Shown in pieces: positions 58,813 through 64,000 of a DNA stretch of 64,000 nucleotides. The DNA comes from Candidatus Latescibacterota bacterium (GTDB taxonomy: Bacteria > Latescibacterota > UBA2968 > GCA-2709665), in assembly GCA_965219995.1 (NCBI GenBank), contig CBDCOX010000002.1, positions 4,832,001-4,896,000 of the forward strand, read 5' to 3'. Position numbers and translations under genes: made by a program. The notes beneath the pieces were generated by a model. The model was given only the letters and a program-made list of their open reading frames with translations, was not told the origin of the DNA and ran no database searches. Positions within the stretch are counted from its first letter, which is position 1. Each line of letters starts with the position of its first letter.

Positions 58813-59886
58813 ATGGCGAATGCCGATAAAATCAAGGAGGCGCGAGACGCCCTGGATGCCCACGTTCGGGAGACGGTGGCCTGGCACTTCAATCCCGAAA
58901 CCGGCTGCCCGTTCTGGCTGGAGTTCGCGGACGGACTGGATTTCGATCCGTGCAGGGAGATCGGCGGTTTCTCGGATCTGAAGATCCTGGGCCATTTTCA
59001 GGACGACTGGCTCCGCGGCGGCCCGGTGCGCCGCTGGATTCCCAGGGGAAGCGCCGGGAAACGGACGTACGTCTTCGAAACGGGAGGGTCCACGGGCGTC
59101 CCGAAATATCGGATCAGCCAGGACGATTTTCAGATCGACTACGAGACGTTCAGCAGGCACCTTTCAGACAAGAGTTTTCCGAAGGACGCCGACTGGCTGA
59201 TGCTGGGTCCCACGGGTCCGAGGCGGCTGCGCCTGGCGGTGGAGTACCTCTGCCAGATCCGGGGCGGGATCTGTTTCCTGGTGGACCTGGATCCAAGGTG
59301 GGTGAACAAGCTGATTGCGCGCGGCGCCCTCCAGGAACTGGATCTCTACAAGGCGCACGTGATCGACCAGGCGCTGACCATTCTGCGGGCGAACGATAAC
59401 GTGAGGTGCATGTTCACGACTCCGAAGCTTCTCGAAGCGATCTGCGAGAAGATCTCGCTGAAGAAAGCCGGGATAACCGGAATCTTCTGCGGCGGGACCG
59501 AGATGGACGCACAGTTCAACCGGTTCGCCAGGGAGGAGCTCGTTCCCGGTATCGATTTCGTGCCGACGTATGGAAATACGCTCATGGGATTGGCGTATTC
59601 CAAGCCGCTGGAGCCTTCGGACAATTACGCCATCACCTATTATCCGCCGGTTCCCAGGGCGGTGATCGAACTGGTGGACCCCGATCGCCCGGACCGGCTC
59701 GTGGATTACAACACCGTTGGCCGCGTGATGTTGACCACGCTGACCCGCGAGTTCTTCATGCCGCGGTTTCTGGAACGGGACGAAGGAGAACGGGCCGAAC
59801 CGAGCGGGGCGTTTCCGTGGGACGGGGTGAGGAATCTGGGACTGTTCTCCGAATTGCAGGAGTCGGTCGTGGTGGGCGTTTACTGA
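58813..59886 (+). CDS. truncated ANL-type adenylating protein (GriC/EhpF-like)
   Basis: WHF..ETG.PFW, ETGGSTGVPK P-loop, YGNT and ERD; ~357 aa, lacking the usual C-terminal lid. Confidence 0.7.
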   Translation: MANADKIKEARDALDAHVRETVAWHFNPETGCPFWLEFADGLDFDPCREIGGFSDLKILGHFQDDWLRGGPVRRWIPRGSAGKRTYVFETGGSTGVPKYRISQDDFQIDYETFSRHLSDKSFPKDADWLMLGPTGPRRLRLAVEYLCQIRGGICFLVDLDPRWVNKLIARGALQELDLYKAHVIDQALTILRANDNVRCMFTTPKLLEAICEKISLKKAGITGIFCGGTEMDAQFNRFAREELVPGIDFVPTYGNTLMGLAYSKPLEPSDNYAITYYPPVPRAVIELVDPDRPDRLVDYNTVGRVMLTTLTREFFMPRFLERDEGERAEPSGAFPWDGVRNLGLFSELQESVVVGVY

Positions 59887-59946
59887 CCCGTTGTCGACTT
59901 CTCCAGACTGAAGGCAATGGTTGAATTGACGGCCCAGGAGGTTGGT

Positions 59947-61371
59947 GTGACCCATATCCCGGTATTGCGGGCGGGAGAGCCATACGCAAGTCTGGACGTC
60001 CGGGAAGTTCCGCACGTTCAGACCGGGGAGCCCCTCGTCCGCGTGAGCCACGCAAACCCGGGTCTGATCGTGCGGGACCTGAACGCCGCCAAAGCGAATA
60101 GACGGGCGCTGGAGGCGTTCAGCGTGTCCGATCTTGCAGCCGTGACGCGCAGGGCCGGCCGGCTGTTCGCCGATGCGGACCTGCCACTGGATCGCCAGTC
60201 GCAATCGCCGGGGGACTACGTCCGCCAGGTATCGGGCACCACGGGGATTCCGGAGACCCTCTGCCGGGAGAATATGGAAAAGATCCGGCTGGCCTGTACC
60301 CAGATCGACGAGGTGCTCGCCGGCCTGACGCGCGAGCTGGATCTGCCGGTGCTGGACCGGGGGTGGGGTCCGCAAAACGGCCGCCCGCTGAGCTACGTCT
60401 GCCAGACCGACGCGCTTGGCGCCGTGTTGCCGAGCAATTCACCCGGCGTACATTCGCTCTGGGTTCCCTCGCCGTCGCTGAAGGTGCCCCTGGTGCTGAA
60501 GCCCGGCCGTGAGGACCCCTGGACCCCGTTTCGGATCGCACAGGCGTTTATTGCCGCGGGATGTCCGCGCGAGGCGTTCGGGATCTATCCGACCGGGCAC
60601 GCCGGCGCCAACGAAATCCTCTTGAGGTGCGGGCGTTCCCTTTTGTTCGGCGGCGGCCCTACCGTCGCACCGTGGCTGCACGATCCGCGGGTTTCGGTCC
60701 ACGGTCCGGGCCGCAGCAAGGTGATTCTGGGTGAAGACCTGGTCCACCGCTGGGAGGATTTTCTGGACGTGATCCTGGTTTCGATCGCGGCCAACGGCGG
60801 ACGATCCTGCATCAACGCGTCGAGTGTGTGGACGCCCGCGCACGGCCGCGAGATCGCCGAGGCGATTGCGCGCCGGCTCGCGCGGATCGAGCCCCGGCCG
60901 CTGGACGACCCGGAAGCGCGGATTGCCGCCTTTTCCAACCCGGCTGCCGCCGCCGGGATTTCAAATGTTATCGACGTCCATTTGAAAAGCGGGGGCGCGG
61001 AGGACCTGACCGCGGGCCTGCGCGGCGGCCGGCTTGCCGAACTCGACGGCCTGACGTTCCTGAATCCGACGCTGGTGTGGTGCGAGTCTCCGGAACACCC
61101 CCTCGCGAATACGGAATACCTCTTCCCGTACTCGAGCGTGGTTGAAGCGCCCCGGGCGGGTCTGGCGGACCGGATCGGGCCCAGCCTGGTCGTCACGGCG
61201 TTGACGGAGGATGAAGGCCTCGTGGGCGAGTTGCTGAATTCACCTCACGTGGATCGGCTGAACGCGGGGCCGATTCCCACGAACCGGATTTCGTGGGACC
61301 AGCCCCACGAAGGCAACCTGTTCGAACATCTCTACCGTCAACGCGCCTTTCAGTACGCGAGGAGAGCTTAG
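59947..61371 (+). CDS. aldehyde dehydrogenase/acyl reductase family (GriD/LuxC-like)
   Basis: PSNSPG, LKP, HGPGRSK, GRSCINAS (catalytic Cys) and EYLFP. Confidence 0.8.
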   Translation: MTHIPVLRAGEPYASLDVREVPHVQTGEPLVRVSHANPGLIVRDLNAAKANRRALEAFSVSDLAAVTRRAGRLFADADLPLDRQSQSPGDYVRQVSGTTGIPETLCRENMEKIRLACTQIDEVLAGLTRELDLPVLDRGWGPQNGRPLSYVCQTDALGAVLPSNSPGVHSLWVPSPSLKVPLVLKPGREDPWTPFRIAQAFIAAGCPREAFGIYPTGHAGANEILLRCGRSLLFGGGPTVAPWLHDPRVSVHGPGRSKVILGEDLVHRWEDFLDVILVSIAANGGRSCINASSVWTPAHGREIAEAIARRLARIEPRPLDDPEARIAAFSNPAAAAGISNVIDVHLKSGGAEDLTAGLRGGRLAELDGLTFLNPTLVWCESPEHPLANTEYLFPYSSVVEAPRAGLADRIGPSLVVTALTEDEGLVGELLNSPHVDRLNAGPIPTNRISWDQPHEGNLFEHLYRQRAFQYARRA

Positions 61372-61385
61372 AACCCCACCGACCG

Positions 61386-62484
<1,099 letters not shown>

Positions 62485-62501
<17 letters not shown>

Positions 62502-63642
62502 AATTCAGGCGCGGCGAAAAGTGGGTCGCGGATGGAACATTTTCCTCATATTGTGTATCTTGTACATACCGGTTCCCGTCCGTGTGGCCGCCGAGACGTC
62601 CTGGCCGCTGTTCCGTGGCGACGCGCAATCCACGGGGTTCGCGCGGGAATCGCTTCCCGAGAGCCTTGTTGTCGCGTGGACGGCCCGCGTACCCGAGGGC
62701 ATCGAGTCCACGGCGGCGATCCGCAAGGGTGCGGTTTTCGTCGGCGGGCTGGACGGCCATCTCTACGCGTTCGATTTCGACACCGGCGCGTTGAAATGGA
62801 AGTACCCGGCCGGGGGGGAGATCAAGGCCTCCCCGCTGGTGGCGGATCATGCGGTTTTCTTCGGAGACGGGGACGGCGGTTTTCACGCCGTGGATGCGTC
62901 ATCGGGCAAGGGGTTGTGGACGTATCGGACCGGGGGAGAGATCATCTCTTCCGCCACGTCGTATGAAGGCCGGGTGATCTTCGGGTCCTACGATCAGTTC
63001 CTGTACTGTCTCAACGCGGAGGACGGGTCGCTGGTCTGGAAGCTGGAGACGGAGGGATACGTTCACGGAACCCCGGCCGTCTGGGGCGAACGCGTGCTCG
63101 TCGCCGGTTGCGACGGTCTGCTGCGGATGGTGCACGCGGATGGCGGAGAAGAAGTATCGAGGGTGGAACTGTTCGACTACGTGGCGGCAAGTGTTGCCGT
63201 GCGCAATGGCAGGGCTTACGCGGGTACTTTCGGCAACCAGGTCCTGGGCCTGGATCTGCGGGCGGCGAAGGTCCTGTGGCGTTACCAACACCCCAGCCGG
63301 AAGTTTCCGTTTTACGCGTCGCCGGCGGTTGCGCAAGGTCACGTGATTGTCGCCGGGCGCGACAGGATGGTGCGCGCGCTTCGTCCGGACAACGGCGACC
63401 TGCTGTGGATTCGGGCGTTCCGTTCTCGCGTCGACTCCTCACCGGTTGTCGCGGGTAAACGGGTGTACGTGGGCACGAACGGCGGGAGAATCGTGGCGCT
63501 GGACCTGGACTCGGGCGAACCGGGGTGGGAATTCGTGACCGGTTCGGGAGTCCTGGCGTCGCCGAGCGTGGCCGGCGGGAGGCTGGTGATCGGCACCGCA
63601 GACGGGACGCTTTACTGTTTTGGCGGCGAGGTAAGCGAATGA
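62485..63642 (+). CDS. PQQ-like beta-propeller repeat protein (BamB-like), probably exported
   Basis: Hydrophobic N-terminus, WPLFRGD, repeated G...W and SSP motifs. Confidence 0.88.
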
Positions 63643-64000
63643 CCTCTCAGGTTCACATTCCGGAACCCGCGACTTCCAGGAAGGAATGGAAGGAAACCGC
63701 GGTCGGAAGCGTCTTCGTGTCCAACTATCCCCCTTATTCGTTCTGGCGGGATGAGCACAACGCGCAGGTCGAATCGATGTTGCAGGATTCGGACCCTTCG
63801 GCAGGGGATGTGCCGCTCGGACTGTATCTGCATATTCCGTTTTGCAGGAAGCGATGCAAGTTCTGCTATTTTCGCGTGTATACGGATCGCAACAGTTCCG
63901 AAATTCAGCTCTATCTGGATGCGCTGGCCCGAGAGGTGGAGAATTTCGCCGGGCTGCCGAGAATCGCCGGACGCAGCTTGCAATTCGTCTACTTCGGCGG
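63639..64000 (+). CDS. HemN-like radical SAM protein, runs off the window's right edge
   Basis: Manual translation: NYPPYSFW...LYLHIPFCRKRCKFCYF...VYFG; ATGA overlap with the upstream gene. Confidence 0.88.
   Translation, partial: MTSQVHIPEPATSRKEWKETAVGSVFVSNYPPYSFWRDEHNAQVESMLQDSDPSAGDVPLGLYLHIPFCRKRCKFCYFRVYTDRNSSEIQLYLDALAREVENFAGLPRIAGRSLQFVYFG

Overview
Bacterial chromosomal window with a GC-rich metabolic backbone (about 1-27.3 kb and 47.1-64 kb) interrupted by a ~20 kb defence and mobile-element island (about 27.35-47.1 kb) whose GC content looks lower by eye. The backbone carries hydrolases, sugar-acid enzymes, a thiolase/DUF35/acyl-CoA ligase set, proA, an M16 protease, acetolactate synthase, a GT-C/GT2 pair and a LarA homologue. 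The island contains a four-gene type I Zorya operon whose ZorD seems to end without the C-terminal nuclease. It also holds a DUF262/HNH (GmrSD-like) gene, an unannotated RxxxxH (HEPN-like) protein with a putative Zn-binding tail, an unusual antitoxin plus RelE-like toxin pair, and a Panacea antitoxin with a decayed partner. Relics include two Uma2 pseudogenes, three IS3-like left ends, three IS21-like ends and a tmRNA/tRNA 3'-end-like scar. At the right edge begins an uncharacterised operon: GriC/EhpF-like adenylating enzyme, GriD-like reductase, Fe-ADH, PQQ-type beta-propeller and HemN-like radical SAM. Several families of short palindromic intergenic repeats recur. I saw no CRISPR array, rRNA, complete tRNA, integrase or reverse transcriptase. 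All family calls come from motif recognition by eye, not database searches, and many starts were adjusted using RBS position.
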